A stretch of 64,000 nucleotides of DNA from positions 30,549 through 94,548 of IMG/VR virus record IMGVR_UViG_3300009710_000010; one strand, given 5' to 3'. The position numbers and the translations under genes are program-made. The first letter of the stretch is position 1, and every line of letters begins with the position of its first letter. Of the stretch, positions 9,602 through 19,974 are shown piece after piece. A model generated the notes under the pieces. That model saw nothing but the letters and a program-made list of their open reading frames with translations, did not search any database and was not told where the DNA came from. This DNA comes from a virus (Duplodnaviria > Caudoviricetes).

Positions 9602-10141
9602 TTACGCATAAAGTTTTCCTTCAATCCAGATTTCATTATTAATAATTTGAGATACATGACCTTTTGAAATCTTAAACCCTTCAACCAGCTTTGAATACGA
9701 AGCACCCATTTTATGAAGGTATCTGATTGTTCTTACGGTTTCCCAATCTAAACGGACATTTCCCATAACTGGAGGTTTCCCACCATCTTTACGGAATCTA
9801 TGGTAATTATTTTTGGATTGAGTCACTAATTCTAAGTTCTCTGGAGAGTTATTGTAGCCGTTATCATCAATGTGATTAATTACTAAATCTATTTCTAATC
9901 GGCCTTTGAATTTAGCGTAAATGATTCGATGAACTTGAAGCATGCGCCCAAAATACTTCACAGTATAATAATCTCGGCGACCACTTCCGGCAAGTCTCCA
10001 TACATTGTTTACTGATACTTTTCCGGTTTTGGTTATTCGAGTCCAAACTGTTCCATCAGCACGGACTTCGTAATTAGGATCTTTTAATAATTCGTAAATG
10101 TAAGAATCATTTGTGCAAGTTAATTGTCCAGATCTTCCCAT
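9602..10141 (-). CDS. HNH homing endonuclease (HNH_3 plus C-terminal HTH)
   Basis: VHRIIY...INHIDDNGYNNSPENLELVTQSKN. Confidence 0.85.
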   Translation of the reverse strand: MGRSGQLTCTNDSYIYELLKDPNYEVRADGTVWTRITKTGKVSVNNVWRLAGSGRRDYYTVKYFGRMLQVHRIIYAKFKGRLEIDLVINHIDDNGYNNSPENLELVTQSKNNYHRFRKDGGKPPVMGNVRLDWETVRTIRYLHKMGASYSKLVEGFKISKGHVSQIINNEIWIEGKLYA

Positions 10142-10795
10142 CGATCCTCCCGATAATGTAATTATTACCTACCAAGAGCTATAAGTTAACTAGCTATTTT
10201 GATACAGTTTCTTCAGGATCCCATGCGTTATCGTATGCATCAAGATGAGACAGTTTCGTCGTAGGTGGAAGCATTCCAACATCTTCAATTACTTTTAAGA
10301 GTTCTTGAGCTTTATCTTTGTCAGATAAATCTCTAATCCAGAATAATCTGGCCTCTAGTTTACGAAGAACTTCACTACGCTTCATCGTCTAAACTCCGGT
10401 CAGGCGGAAAGATTTTGTCTAATTTTGAGATAGTAGATGCATCCGTAACCATTGAAAACTTATCAGCACAAACAGACCTCATCATACGGTATCGGCGCCC
10501 TTTAATTGGGTATTTTAATTTTTCATAAAATACACCTTTAAGTTCCGTAGTCATACTCATATCGTAGATGTTTAAGTCATTTTCTTTTTCGCTCATGCTC
10601 TGCCCGTTGTTTTATTGTTAATTTCAAATTGCTCTAAATTATCCTGAAAGAATGCTAAACCTTCTTCAGTTGGTTTTCCATCTTTTAAGATTTGACCATA
10701 ATCCGGATGAAACATATCCACTGCTGCACCAAAATTTCCAGCATTCATGATAGCTGCTTCAACCATTTCTTCTTCAATTTGATCTTGTGTCTTTT

Positions 10796-11683
10796 TCATT
10801 TTGACATGTCCTCAGGAGATCTAAACCCATACCATACTGGGATCCTTGGTTTATCTTTAACCCCGTGTGGTTGTGATCGATAGTGTACGAGCTTACCCAA
10901 ATATTGATCTTTATTATCCCAAATCTCTTTACGAAGTTGGGCAGTAAGACCTTGACCTGTTCCAATTTTAAATTCAGTGCCATCAGATTTACGTACTAAA
11001 AATGCTCCAAGAGTATTACCTGGCACCATGTTTTCTTTTTTAGATGAACGTTCTGAATGACCAAACGCATCTTTAGTTTGCTCATTCTCATTATGCATAA
11101 GTTCCTCGAAGCCAATAACTTCAGCTTCACCATCTTCAAAATATTTAATTGCAGTTAAATATCCCTCTTTTAAAGAAGCACGACCACATTTATATGGTGA
11201 TTCCGGAGAACGAATCATAGTTCCTTCGTGACCTTGTTCAAGATGTAGGGCCATAATATCTTTAAGTTCTTCTAAGTTATTAACCAAAACACCATATAGT
11301 GGTTTGCAAAACGATAACAACGGAGTATGGCAAAAGTCTTCGGCTAAATGAAGTTGACGTTCGGCGTATGGAGTATCCAAAGAATTTCTTACTGTATCAA
11401 ATACCAAATAGGTGAACTCCGGTGTACCATCTCGTTTCATAACCATTGATTGAACATCTGAAAATCCGTCACCGCATAAGATCTCTCCATCAAAACCATC
11501 TGGACAATGCTGTTCAATCATAGTTCTAATATGAACATTTGGGATTGGCTTAAATGATCGACTGAGAGCTTGACCATTTACTTTGATACATCGGATTCCA
11601 TCGATTTTAGGGGTTGCTAAAACAGGGAACTTAATGTTTTCAAATACTGGTTTCTTTGCTGCAAGAATTGGAGATGTGATCAT
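10796..11683 (-). CDS. Minimal ATP-dependent DNA ligase
   Basis: Motif I TPKIDGIR, FDGE, EGTMIR, FKIGTG, PRIPV; ATG at 11683 follows AGGAG. Confidence 0.92.
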   Translation of the reverse strand: MITSPILAAKKPVFENIKFPVLATPKIDGIRCIKVNGQALSRSFKPIPNVHIRTMIEQHCPDGFDGEILCGDGFSDVQSMVMKRDGTPEFTYLVFDTVRNSLDTPYAERQLHLAEDFCHTPLLSFCKPLYGVLVNNLEELKDIMALHLEQGHEGTMIRSPESPYKCGRASLKEGYLTAIKYFEDGEAEVIGFEELMHNENEQTKDAFGHSERSSKKENMVPGNTLGAFLVRKSDGTEFKIGTGQGLTAQLRKEIWDNKDQYLGKLVHYRSQPHGVKDKPRIPVWYGFRSPEDMSK

Positions 11684-12527
11684 GGATATACTCCTAAAAC
11701 TAAAAGTGTTGTTAATAAAGCTAAATGTAAAAGGGCCATTAAGAACATAAAAAAGTACCAAATGCACAGTAAGCAGGCCGTTACGATCGTCATTAAAATG
11801 ACGTTCAATAAAGTTTTCATCCGATACCTAACTTATGTTTTGCTTCAACGGAAGCTTCGCCTGCCATTGGATGGTTAAACGGAAACGAATCAAGCGTGTA
11901 TGGGTAATCATCTCTTACGCCAAGTTCGTTAGCGATACTGCTCCAAATCGTTTTATTATTCTGAAAGTCACGATCTGTCATGTGGCCAGGTCTTTGCATT
12001 TCCTGACGAATATAAATTTCAACCATTAAACTATAGGTTAAATTTTGAAACTCTTGAGTTAGCTTTGGAAGAATCTTTTTGTAAGTCTCATAGGCGTGTC
12101 CGCCTGCGTGACATCTTTCGAAGTTTTTCATAATCCCCCTGAGACATGAAATTCTGATGTTTAATCAAACCTTTATCGGTCTTGTATATTCTAAGATACT
12201 TGACCGGATACATACTCATAGAATATCTACATAAAAGCCAATGGTAAACGAAGAACGCGATTATTCTAAATCGCGTCTCAAATCGATACTCTTTATATTT
12301 CAGATAAACAAAGTGTCTACCGTACGTTATTCTCCACATTAGAAATGGCCTCTTCAATTTGATCAGCATCGGCGTCTCGAGATGATTCAGTGTCATACTT
12401 GAGTTTCATAACAGCAGATCCTATAGTCAATATTATAGTTTGAGTAGATCCGTTACTACCATTAATATCATAATCTCTAGAAATAGAAGTGATAGCAGAA
12501 ACCACCACTTTAGTCTTTTCTCTATTT

Positions 12528-13133
12528 TTAAGTTGTAGTAACATTTGATTCTGCCTGTTGAGCTGCAATTTGTTTAAACGCTTCGATCATTTCTTTAAAT
12601 AGTTTATAATGATCAATTACATATTGTGCTTGATTTTTAGCATCATCCAAGGCGTTATGATTTGTACCTTCCGATTTGTCAACTTTCGCACCGTTTGCTA
12701 CGTAGCGTTTAAATGTACGTAAGTCATAAACATTGTAGAAAAGCCATGGACATTTGATGTCGTACATGCGGAACATATCTTCAATAATTGAAATATCAAA
12801 GCTTGAACCATTACCCCACGGGTTGATTTTTGAGATCGTGTTTTGACCTAAAACCCATTGAGCAAATAATGTTAAAACATCTTTTGCAGGTTTTGCTTGT
12901 TCGTTAAATACTTTCTTAGCGGCACCTGATTGACCCATCCACCACTTCAAAGTGGATCCATCAATTGAACGACCCCGTTTGATTTGTTCATCCACATCAA
13001 AGGCCATATAAAATGTAGGTCCCATTTCTCCAGTTTCTTGGTTAAAGAAAACTGCACCTAGTGAAATTACAGTTGTGGTTGGTGTTTGTCCTAAGGTTTC
13101 GAAGTCGATCATTAAGTCTTGGAATTTTGACAT
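12528..13133 (-). CDS. DEDDh 3'-5' exonuclease (ExoVIII/RNase AS-like)
   Basis: LMIDFETLG, WGNGSSFD, DLRT, HNALDDA. Confidence 0.88.
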   Translation of the reverse strand: MSKFQDLMIDFETLGQTPTTTVISLGAVFFNQETGEMGPTFYMAFDVDEQIKRGRSIDGSTLKWWMGQSGAAKKVFNEQAKPAKDVLTLFAQWVLGQNTISKINPWGNGSSFDISIIEDMFRMYDIKCPWLFYNVYDLRTFKRYVANGAKVDKSEGTNHNALDDAKNQAQYVIDHYKLFKEMIEAFKQIAAQQAESNVTTT

Positions 13134-13141
13134 GGCTCCTC

Positions 13142-14216
13142 CTACATTACCCATGGTTTCTTTTTATTATCATAAGGAGTATACAGTCCAGGCCGTGCCT
13201 CAAACCAAGTAGACTCTCTGGTTCCGTCTCTAGATATTACAATCTTTTGAGCCTCGAGGAAATCAAACATTTGACGTATAACTTCTTCTGGCGAAAGATT
13301 AATTCCAACATGTTCAAAATGTTTTTTAAATACTTGCGTTAAATTGTCAGGATATGGAGTTAATTTGTATCCTTTAGCGTAAATGCAACTGAGAAGCGAC
13401 TCAGCTAAGGCTTCGTATCGATTTGATATTCTTGTAGTGACTAAAATATCTATTGCGTTACTTTTGATTAGTAATATATCCGTTAAGTTAAAATCTTCAT
13501 ACTTCACGTTTTATCCTTTTGTTTTAAAGGGATTGTTATCTGCCGTTTGTATCGATTTAAGACGCGCATCTACGTAGACCTTAAGTTCCTTAATTCCCAT
13601 ATCACCAGAAATCATTGATTTGATTTCAGTTAATATTTCCCTAGATCCTTCTTTTTTGCCAACTTCAAAAGCATCGGCTAAAGTAGGTTCTAGATCACTG
13701 GACTTCGTCGTCATCTGATGGTTTCCCCAATCGGTTGAATTCAATTATTGCTTCAGCCCGTTGCATTTGTGAATCAAAAATTGTAGGTCTAATATGCCGA
13801 CCAACTATTTTTGAATCTACAACCTGTCGAATCTCTTCCGTATCGTGGTTTTCCAGGTAGTGTTCTAAAACCTGTTGAGTTCTATACATTTCCTGGAGCG
13901 CTACGGCATCTTCACCGAGATAAGTTTCACCATTAGAATCATCAATATAAGAATCGTGCATCTTAATTAATGGATGCAGAGAATAGATATTTATAAACCA
14001 CTGAATTGCTTCAGGATGATACATATCAATATGAAACGATACAACAATTGAAGGATCATCTTCTTTTGTAAACATTCCATAAAATAATTTAAAGAGCGGT
14101 CGTTTGTCTTTATAAAAAGTGTGAATGTCCCTATGATCAACTTCAATATCAAGTTTATAGGTATCTTTCAACTTCCCAATGACGAACAAGTATTGCTCGT
14201 ACAGCGTTGTTACCAT
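13142..14216 (-). CDS. Three hypothetical proteins (13142-13507, 13511-13744, 13695-14216)
   Basis: Co-oriented ORFs with no recognised motif. Confidence 0.5.
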
Positions 14217-14225
14217 ATCTATATT

Positions 14226-15092
14226 TTACTCTGATTTAGGACCAGAGAACTCAGTTATATTTTCGTTTGATAACATTTTTCGATACTGAATAAAACCACG
14301 TAGGTTTCCAGACCTCAAAGTTGAGTCGTCTGTAGCTTGCGCTTGATGTTCTGTTGGAGATGCGTGTAGTGGAGATCCTCCCACTAATCGGTCATATAAC
14401 TGTAAATCTTTTCCATAAGAATTCTCAGAACCATCTAAAGTTGAGTACGATGTACGGGCGCATCTTGCTACAGAGACTTTAATTAACTCTGCTACCATTT
14501 CATCACCATCTTTTAAACTTGAATCGTTTAAAACATTTGCCATATCCGTTCCGGTGACAAACGGTAAATGCCACTGACCTTTCTTTAATTGGTTAGGCAT
14601 ACTTTTAGAGTATTCTTCCCACATCGCAAGTGCGAGCTCTCTAAATTCTGGTTGAGCATCTTTATGAGTTCGAAGTGCAAAGAAGTTATTCCAATCTGTA
14701 GCGGTGGCCACGACCCTCATGTGTTGGAACGGTTCTAAAAGACGATTAGCGTGTTGTTTATGGACCCCAAGATCTGAAAGTTTTTGAACGAAACCCATCA
14801 TAGCATCTCTAGCTTCCAACCAAATTTTAACAGCTTCGTCTTGACCTTCTATTTCCTCTTTAGCCTGCATTCCTTTACAGTTTTTAGAGAACGATGATGG
14901 CATAGCTGGATTTTTTGAAATCTGTTCCATAAACGTGGCCACGGGAATGGCACGTGAACTTGATGCGTTCTTTGAAATCATACGATGAGTCATAAATTCT
15001 GAATGAATAAATCTAGGATACGTTAGAACGAAAGTAGTTAAACGCACGCCTGCTGGTGAAAGTGAATCAGCTATGATTTCAGCTTTAATCAA
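14226..15092 (-). CDS. thyX: Flavin-dependent thymidylate synthase
   Basis: SEFMTHRMISKNASSSRAIP, HKQHANRLLEPF, FFALR...AQPEF, HASPTEH (phage Thy1 type). Confidence 0.88.
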   Translation of the reverse strand: MIKAEIIADSLSPAGVRLTTFVLTYPRFIHSEFMTHRMISKNASSSRAIPVATFMEQISKNPAMPSSFSKNCKGMQAKEEIEGQDEAVKIWLEARDAMMGFVQKLSDLGVHKQHANRLLEPFQHMRVVATATDWNNFFALRTHKDAQPEFRELALAMWEEYSKSMPNQLKKGQWHLPFVTGTDMANVLNDSSLKDGDEMVAELIKVSVARCARTSYSTLDGSENSYGKDLQLYDRLVGGSPLHASPTEHQAQATDDSTLRSGNLRGFIQYRKMLSNENITEFSGPKSE

Positions 15093-15108
15093 GTTGCCCC
15101 CTTAAAAT

Positions 15109-15600
15109 TTAGTCTTTATATGGATTTTCGTTTTTAAATTCTTCTACTATCCAGCGCCACTGTCCTTCGGGACTATTCGTACCGTTTGGATTATAACCGC
15201 CATAGGGAAAGTGTACAAACTTTCCACCATTTTGTTCAAACTTTTGTTTCCACTTTTTCTCGTTATCATCAATAAGATAATCGCCCACATTTAAACCTTT
15301 ATCTTGGGTCAAAATGATCTTGTTAGTTAATTGTGGAAAGTGCCTTTGGATCCATTCTACTTTTTCGATATAAGACTCTGGGAGGTTGGCCAAAGGTTGG
15401 CTCAGGATCCAAATATCAAAACCCATTTTAAGTAATTCATGGACTGCTGCTTTAGCCCCTGGAACTGGTTCTAAATTTAAAAAGAAATGTTTATCATACA
15501 TTCTAGATTCTTGAACACGACCTAATGAGTCGGCTGCAGCTTTATAAAAATCCGCTATAACGTCGTCCATATCGATATAAAGAATCTTAGACTTTTTCAC
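15109..15600 (-). CDS. 5'(3')-deoxyribonucleotidase, HAD family
   Basis: YIDMDDVIADF, EKVEWI, GDYLIDD. Confidence 0.85.
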   Translation of the reverse strand: MKKSKILYIDMDDVIADFYKAAADSLGRVQESRMYDKHFFLNLEPVPGAKAAVHELLKMGFDIWILSQPLANLPESYIEKVEWIQRHFPQLTNKIILTQDKGLNVGDYLIDDNEKKWKQKFEQNGGKFVHFPYGGYNPNGTNSPEGQWRWIVEEFKNENPYKD

Positions 15601-15818
15601 CTAGTACTTCTCTTTTAAACCTCAGAATGAAATCTTTATTCCACTCTTCATCTGTTAATTTTGGCTTCTCAACATGCCCCTTACGCGTACGTACGGGCTT
15701 ACGAAGATTGTCCAATTCTTTTTTATAAAAATCACGCTCTTTTCTTAATTTGAGATTATCCGATTTTAACTCTTTAATAATACCGTTCAGTTTTTTCTGA
15801 TTCTCTTTCGGATAGGTT

Positions 15819-16412
15819 CTATTTCTCAAATTTTGCTCCTTTAGTCAAATTATCAATAGCCCATAGTGGTTGTAAATTAGTATAGTGAAAAGCTTTATAT
15901 AGTTCTTCTATAGGAAATGACGAGATAGGTCTAATATGGTCTATATGCCAAGTTCCATGGTTTTCCCAAGACATTCCTTCTAAAAATTTAGATTCTAAAT
16001 GCAATTTACAAAATTCAATTGAACATCCTAATAAAGTTTTCCAACTACCAGATTTATAGTTACCACTTAAGGCTCTTTTGATCTGCCCTCTAAAACTATT
16101 TGCTAATTTATTTTTAGGATCTTTTAAATAAGAATGTCTATAAGTTTTACGTTGTTTGGCAATTTTGTCTTTATTTTTTGCTCTCCAAGCCTTCCGATAC
16201 TCTCTTATAGCTTCCTTATTAGCATCTCTATTTTTCTTTTTGTAAGCTAATATTTTATCTTTATTTTTTAATCTATACTCTTTTGTTCTAACTCTAATAG
16301 ATTCAATGTTTTTATTATAATGTTCTTTTTGGTAAGAAAGTTTACAGCTTCTACACCAAGAGTTGTTTCCCTCGTGAAGTTTATTACATTTTGTACAATT
16401 TTTAGTATTCAT
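15819..16412 (-). CDS. HNH homing endonuclease with Zn finger
   Basis: CTKC...CRSC; MSWENHGTWHIDHIRP...HYTNLQPLWAIDNLTKG. Confidence 0.85.
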   Translation of the reverse strand: MNTKNCTKCNKLHEGNNSWCRSCKLSYQKEHYNKNIESIRVRTKEYRLKNKDKILAYKKKNRDANKEAIREYRKAWRAKNKDKIAKQRKTYRHSYLKDPKNKLANSFRGQIKRALSGNYKSGSWKTLLGCSIEFCKLHLESKFLEGMSWENHGTWHIDHIRPISSFPIEELYKAFHYTNLQPLWAIDNLTKGAKFEK

Positions 16413-17856
16413 AAACTGTAGATTTAAAGTTTCTATCATAAATATCTAAGCGATCTTCACAATGTTTGGCCATAAATTTAGTGCCGTTAAATCGAAAATC
16501 ATGAACATGCGCCATGTCTTTACCGTCATATAACCTAATAGCTCTCCCGATGGCCTGAACTATAGCTATTTCAGATTTACCGCCATTTGCCATAATTAAA
16601 TGGTCTGTAGAACGAATATCAACGCCTTCTCCAAAAACAGAAGAACCTATTAAAATTCTAATGTTTTTAGAATTAAAAGCTTTTATACCTGCGTTAATTT
16701 CTATAGAAGTATTATCTCCTGATAAATAAGTGTTAGTTATACCAACTGATTTTAAATATTCATGAATAACTAATCCGCATTTATCTTTTTGTTTTACTAA
16801 AATCAAAATTTGTGACGAGTCTGGTACTGTTTCTATAATTTCTTTAATTTTTAACAGAAACGGAGGATTTGAACAATACGTTTGTTCATATTCTTTTTGA
16901 TAATTCCTATTTGAGGTAGCATTCATGTTATGAATGTGAACCGTCATTGGAGTCAGGTAACCTTCTTGGATTGCGCGATGGGCCGGATATTGATAAAGCA
17001 CGTTTGATAAGAACGACCACATTTCTAGAGTCTTGTTGTCATTTCTAAGGAACGTACCAGAAAAACCATATCTATAATAACAATGTTCTAAGTCTTTTAA
17101 AAGTCCTGTGTATGTGGATGCGCCTGCGTGATGAACTTCATCTACATATAAAGCGTCAATCCATTTGGCAAAGTCTTTAAATTCACCAGATTTAACCAAG
17201 GATCCCAAAGATTGTACCGTAACGATACTGATTGCAGGTGGTTTTCCAAGCTTTCGAATTTTTTGAGCGTCTAAAAGTTTGACATTTCCTTCTCCAAACC
17301 AACTGCAAAAATCATTGTAAAGTTGACCACTTAAACCTCTTGAAGGTACGACGATTAAAGATCTACAAGATATGTTTTTAATTAAATAAGCCATCACTAG
17401 GGATTTGCCGCTTCCTACTGCTGCCTCAAAAACACCTCGGCCTGCTTTCAATCCCAAATCAATCATTTCTTTTTGATAATATCTGGGATCCCATGGAGCG
17501 TTGTTCCAACGCAAAATTGCAGTTTCACCAGGAGATTGTCTCAAATCGGTAAGTGTAAACGGAACTTGTATCGCTTTGAGACCTTCCACAGCAATATTCA
17601 AAAGTCCTGTTGGAAATGATCCATCTCTATAAAGACATACGTATTCATTCTCTTGGAGTGAAGTTACTCTAGCTTTACAAGCGTGGAAAGTTTTCCAATC
17701 TTGTTTGCTTTTAGCTATTTTCATTTGATAGAAACACTGACTAACTTCTGCTTCAATCTCATTTTTATAAGTCATAACTGCACGGAGCATTTCGTCCGCT
17801 TGTGGATGAATTATTCCGCTGACTTTAACAAAAGAGTTTTGAACTACTAATTCCAT
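16402..17856 (-). CDS. SF2 DNA helicase (UvsW-like)
   Basis: AVGSGKS, DEVHH, SGT, GEGVDI, QAIGRAIR; start at MELVVQ is inferred. Confidence 0.9.
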   Translation of the reverse strand: MELVVQNSFVKVSGIIHPQADEMLRAVMTYKNEIEAEVSQCFYQMKIAKSKQDWKTFHACKARVTSLQENEYVCLYRDGSFPTGLLNIAVEGLKAIQVPFTLTDLRQSPGETAILRWNNAPWDPRYYQKEMIDLGLKAGRGVFEAAVGSGKSLVMAYLIKNISCRSLIVVPSRGLSGQLYNDFCSWFGEGNVKLLDAQKIRKLGKPPAISIVTVQSLGSLVKSGEFKDFAKWIDALYVDEVHHAGASTYTGLLKDLEHCYYRYGFSGTFLRNDNKTLEMWSFLSNVLYQYPAHRAIQEGYLTPMTVHIHNMNATSNRNYQKEYEQTYCSNPPFLLKIKEIIETVPDSSQILILVKQKDKCGLVIHEYLKSVGITNTYLSGDNTSIEINAGIKAFNSKNIRILIGSSVFGEGVDIRSTDHLIMANGGKSEIAIVQAIGRAIRLYDGKDMAHVHDFRFNGTKFMAKHCEDRLDIYDRNFKSTVYEY

Positions 17857-17952
17857 TAGTGTATTGTCCACCTTGGTTAGTCGATCGTAAATCGACTTTT
17901 TTGCGTTTTCATAAAAAAGTTGTTTACTTAGCGCGTTGCGACGCGGTAACAT

Positions 17953-18200
17953 ATCTTTACTATCCTAAATTTCATTAATTTACTTCTATATAGATCCTAA
18001 AATCCACATCAATACTATACTTAAAACATTATTTCTATACTCATTACTTATTCTATATTTATTATTTCTATACTCTTCTTAATTACTTATATTTATAAAT
18101 TCTATACTTACTATCTTAGATCCTATAGCGCGATTTTGGCCCGAATCGGCCGTTTACTCCGACCAACCTCATAGATATTATTGGTAAATCAATATTCCGG
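17953..18200. promoter_or_regulatory. AT-rich divergent intergenic region with CTATACT direct repeats (origin or control region candidate)
   Basis: CTATACT at 18015, 18035, 18068, 18102; TTATTTCTATACTC twice; sits at the main strand switch. Confidence 0.5.
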
Positions 18201-18202
18201 AG

Positions 18203-19840
18203 GTGGAAGTGTCTAAGAAAATCGTTACTAAAGATGAATTACAAGAACCTAAACGCAAAGGTCTTAAGCAAGTTGCTGGTATTGTAAAAAGAACTTTGGG
18301 TCCAGGTGGACTTCCAATCGTTATTCAACGCGTAGGACAAACTCTCGAAGGAACTCCTTTGGGACCAAAAATCACAAAAGATGGTGTAAGTGTAGCTGAA
18401 GAGTGTTCTTCTCCAAATGAAGAAGAAGATATTATAATTCAAGCTGTAAAAGGAATTTGTAGAAAAACAGTAAATACTGCAGGCGATGGAACGACTACAG
18501 CCATAGTTTTAGGTGAGGCTTTAGTAGAGGCAATGGACGCGGAACTTCAAGCTAATCCAGATCTAAACCCCCAATTAGTTAAAGAATCTTTAGAGTCCGC
18601 CTCAAAAGAAGTAATTAAGAAACTTAGAAAGTTAGCAACTCCAGTTAAGTCAACAAAAGTAATTAAACAAGTTGCAACTATCTCTGCGAATGGGGATGAA
18701 GAGATCGGCCAAATTATCGCTGATGCCTTTGACCATGTGGGTGTAGACGGAGTTGTAACTGTAGATGAAGGTTCAAATAATAAAGTGACTTTAGATAAAG
18801 TTGATGGGTATCAATTCCAGCGTGGAGCTGAAGGTCGAAATGCTTTCTTTAATAATAAAGAAAACACACAGTTTGAAGCAACTGATGTAAGTCTAATTAT
18901 TTATGATGGTCGTTTAATTTCGTTTAATCAACTTATTCCTGCATTAAGACTTCTTAATGGGGTGGAAAATGGTCCAATGGGTGAGCAAGCTACAAAAAAG
19001 GCACCACCTTTGGTGATTATTGCCAATGAATTTAGTCCAGAGGTACTTCAATTCTTATTGATTCAAAAGGATCAAGGTGGAATGGTAGTTGTTCCAGTTC
19101 TTGGACCAAACACGACCAGCGTACGATCGGGTTACTATGATGATTTAGCTGCGTATTCTGGAGGAACTCGACTGGGTAATGGTGCCCGAAACCTAGAATC
19201 AATTGAAGAACAAGACTTTGGATTGGTTTCAAGAGTCATCATTAATAAATATAAAACTACCTTTTATGAAGGTCAAGGTGCCGAAGACGATATTTTGGCA
19301 AGAGTTAACCAATTAAGAGCTGCAAAAGAGGAAGCTGAATCTCCGTACGATGCTCAAGTTTTGAATGATAGAATCGCAGCTCTAACTAACGGGATCGCGA
19401 AAATCGGTGTTGGTGGTGCAACTGAATTTGAAATTAAAGAAAAATATGACAGGATTGAAGATGCTCTAAATGCCGCACGGGCAGCTATTCAAGAAGGTGT
19501 AGTTGCGGGTGGCGGTTCAACTCTATTAAGAATTGCTAGAAGTTTGAACTCTGAAAAGAGCGTCGGCCATAGAATCTTGCAAAGAGCACTTCAAGCTCCA
19601 TTTTATCAGATTTTAGAAAACATAGGACTAAAAGAAGATAAAGTTGCAGAACTAGCTTCTCAGATGACTAGATCTGATAAAATAGTATATGATGCTAGAA
19701 ACAAGGAAATTAAAAGAGCACTAGCTGCAGGGATTATTGATCCTGTAAAAGTTACTAGAACTGCATTAGAAAATGCAGTAAGTATTGCATCACTTTTATC
19801 TACTGCAGGTGGTGCAATTATTTATAAAAACCCAAAATAG
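18203..19840 (+). CDS. groEL: Phage chaperonin GroEL
   Basis: TLGPGG, ITKDGVSVA, AGDGTTT, EDALNAARAA, GIIDPVKVTRTALENAVS; lacks the GGM tail. Confidence 0.97.
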   Translation: MEVSKKIVTKDELQEPKRKGLKQVAGIVKRTLGPGGLPIVIQRVGQTLEGTPLGPKITKDGVSVAEECSSPNEEEDIIIQAVKGICRKTVNTAGDGTTTAIVLGEALVEAMDAELQANPDLNPQLVKESLESASKEVIKKLRKLATPVKSTKVIKQVATISANGDEEIGQIIADAFDHVGVDGVVTVDEGSNNKVTLDKVDGYQFQRGAEGRNAFFNNKENTQFEATDVSLIIYDGRLISFNQLIPALRLLNGVENGPMGEQATKKAPPLVIIANEFSPEVLQFLLIQKDQGGMVVVPVLGPNTTSVRSGYYDDLAAYSGGTRLGNGARNLESIEEQDFGLVSRVIINKYKTTFYEGQGAEDDILARVNQLRAAKEEAESPYDAQVLNDRIAALTNGIAKIGVGGATEFEIKEKYDRIEDALNAARAAIQEGVVAGGGSTLLRIARSLNSEKSVGHRILQRALQAPFYQILENIGLKEDKVAELASQMTRSDKIVYDARNKEIKRALAAGIIDPVKVTRTALENAVSIASLLSTAGGAIIYKNPK

Positions 19841-19868
19841 TGGTATTATTATAATCTCGACCTCCCGT

Positions 19869-19911
19869 ACGCCGTGTAGTTGATCCCCCCTCCATCTGCA
19901 CGGCGTTTTTT
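19869..19911 (+). terminator. Rho-independent terminator after groEL
   Basis: ACGCCGTGTAG / CTGCACGGCGT stem followed by a T run. Confidence 0.75.
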
Positions 19912-19974
19912 ATTTCAATCAAATGTCAAAATAGTTTGTAAAATATCCTTACCCCAAACATTGTAGGAGTCATC

